The position numbers were made by a program, and so were the translations under genes. DNA of 210 nucleotides from a phage. Below, piece after piece: positions 1-210 of the stretch. The DNA is taken from sequence record AF056253.1. One strand, written 5' to 3'. Numbering within the stretch: the first letter of the stretch is position 1; every line of letters begins with the position of its first letter. The notes beneath the pieces are model-generated. The model made no database searches. It was given only the letters and a program-made list of their open reading frames with translations, and was not told the DNA's origin.

Positions 1-61
1 CCCACTTCGGCCGGCTTCCNAGTTCATTCGTTCCGGCNATTNTCTNATCGGNGGTTTACCG

Positions 62-95
62 AAANAAAGTAAANGAGGCAGTCTTTCCACNACCT
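62..95 (-). terminator. Putative intrinsic (rho-independent) terminator of the rRNA operon, rrnB T1-like
   Basis: On the minus strand, about 21 nt after the 5S 3' end: AGGTNGT (plus 95-89), loop GGAAAG (88-83), ACTGCCT (82-76), forming a 7-bp stem (one G-U pair, one pair dependent on the N at 91). It is followed by the U-rich tract CNTTTACTTTNTTT (75-62). The G-U pair becomes a C-A mismatch on the plus strand, so the hairpin is only stable in the same orientation as the 5S gene. The arrangement parallels E. coli rrnB T1 as recalled (TAAAACGAAAGGCTCAGTCGAAAGACTGGGCCTTTCGTTTTAT), sharing GAAAGACTG and the flanking A-run and T-run. Not folded computationally. Confidence 0.55.
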
Positions 96-107
96 TTTGT
101 TTACCTN

Positions 108-210
108 ATGCCGGCATTTCCTATTTGNCAGNGAGACCCANATACATNGCGTACGNGTTTCATTCTGAGTTCGGCATCGGTCAGGGGGACCACCGCGTAC
201 TGCCGCCAGC
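108..210 (-). rRNA. rrf: 5S ribosomal RNA, partial (5' end truncated by the window edge, about 2 nt missing)
   Basis: The reverse complement of 108-210 reads GCTGGCGGCAGTACGCGGTGGTCCCCCTGACCGATGCCGAACTCAGAATGAAACNCGTACGCNATGTATNTGGGTCTCNCTGNCAAATAGGAAATGCCGGCAT. It aligns colinearly with E. coli 5S rRNA as recalled from memory (TGCCTGGCGGCCGTAGCGCGGTGGTCCC...CCGAACTCAGAAGTGAAAC...GGGGTCTCCCCATGCGAGAGTAGGGAACTGCCAGGCAT). Shared blocks include GGCGGC.GTA.CGCGGTGGTCCC, the loop C motif CCGAACTCAGAA.TGAAAC, GGGTCTC, TAGG and the 3'-terminal TGCC.GGCAT. The 5' and 3' ends can pair as helix I (CUGGC with GCCGG, including one G-U). Only about 103 nt are present against roughly 120 expected; the shortfall is several 1-2 nt gaps next to N calls. 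Confidence 0.85.

Noticed and set aside
8-15. Overlapping GC palindromes CGGCCG and GCCGGC, with recurring TTCGGC / TTCCGGC motifs at 6-11, 31-37 and 170-175
   Set aside because: These are restriction-site-sized palindromes and 6-7 nt motifs. The best hairpin they allow is a 5-bp stem (10-14 with 33-37) with an 18-nt loop and no U-tract. No operator-like spacing is visible and the region is riddled with Ns.
57-75. Plus-strand TACCGAAANAAAGTAAANG loosely resembling the 5S loop C region (CCGAAC...GAAGTGAAAC), raising the idea of a second inverted 5S copy
   Set aside because: The resemblance is confined to an A-rich stretch and the flanks do not align to 5S on either side. The segment is better explained as the complement of the terminator U-tract.
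54-105. 7-bp direct repeat GTTTACC at 54-60 and 99-105
   Set aside because: It is short, occurs only twice and has no associated inverted repeats or target-site features. It is compatible with chance in an AT-rich spacer.
108-117. Perfect 10-bp palindrome ATGCCGGCAT at the 3' end of the 5S gene
   Set aside because: It is explained by the 3' strand of 5S helix I, which is GC-rich and self-complementary in this variant. There is no independent evidence of a protein-binding or recombination site.
108-210. Plus-strand open frame starting at ATG 108 and running to the window edge
   Set aside because: It lies entirely antisense to the 5S rRNA gene. It has no discernible ribosome-binding site upstream, and several codons contain N that could be stops (TGN, TNG). 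It is an expected chance frame in a GC-rich structural RNA.
62-210. Possible cloning-vector contamination, since the rrnB 5S-T1T2 cassette is present in many expression vectors
   Set aside because: The sequence differs from the E. coli rrnB cassette (as recalled) at many positions in both the 5S gene and the terminator stem, more than the N calls account for. A vector screen would still be a sensible confirmation.
1-210. A novel or previously undescribed biological system
   Set aside because: Everything readable in the window is accounted for by an rRNA operon 3' end (5S gene, terminator, spacer). At 210 nt with 14 ambiguous bases there is no sequence left to support any additional system.

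Overview
This 210-nt window is a low-quality read (14 ambiguous bases, all between positions 20 and 156) covering the 3' end of a bacterial rRNA operon, read on the minus strand. I see no evidence of a novel or undescribed system. Positions 108-210 (minus) are a partial 5S rRNA gene that runs off the right edge of the window. Positions 62-95 (minus) hold a hairpin plus U-rich tract that looks like an intrinsic terminator, and it parallels the E. coli rrnB T1 terminator as I recall it. Positions 1-61 are non-coding flank with no supportable gene. The 5S/terminator arrangement resembles Enterobacterales-type operons but is clearly diverged from E. coli, so the exact taxon cannot be assigned. All comparisons are from memory and by eye; no search or fold was run.
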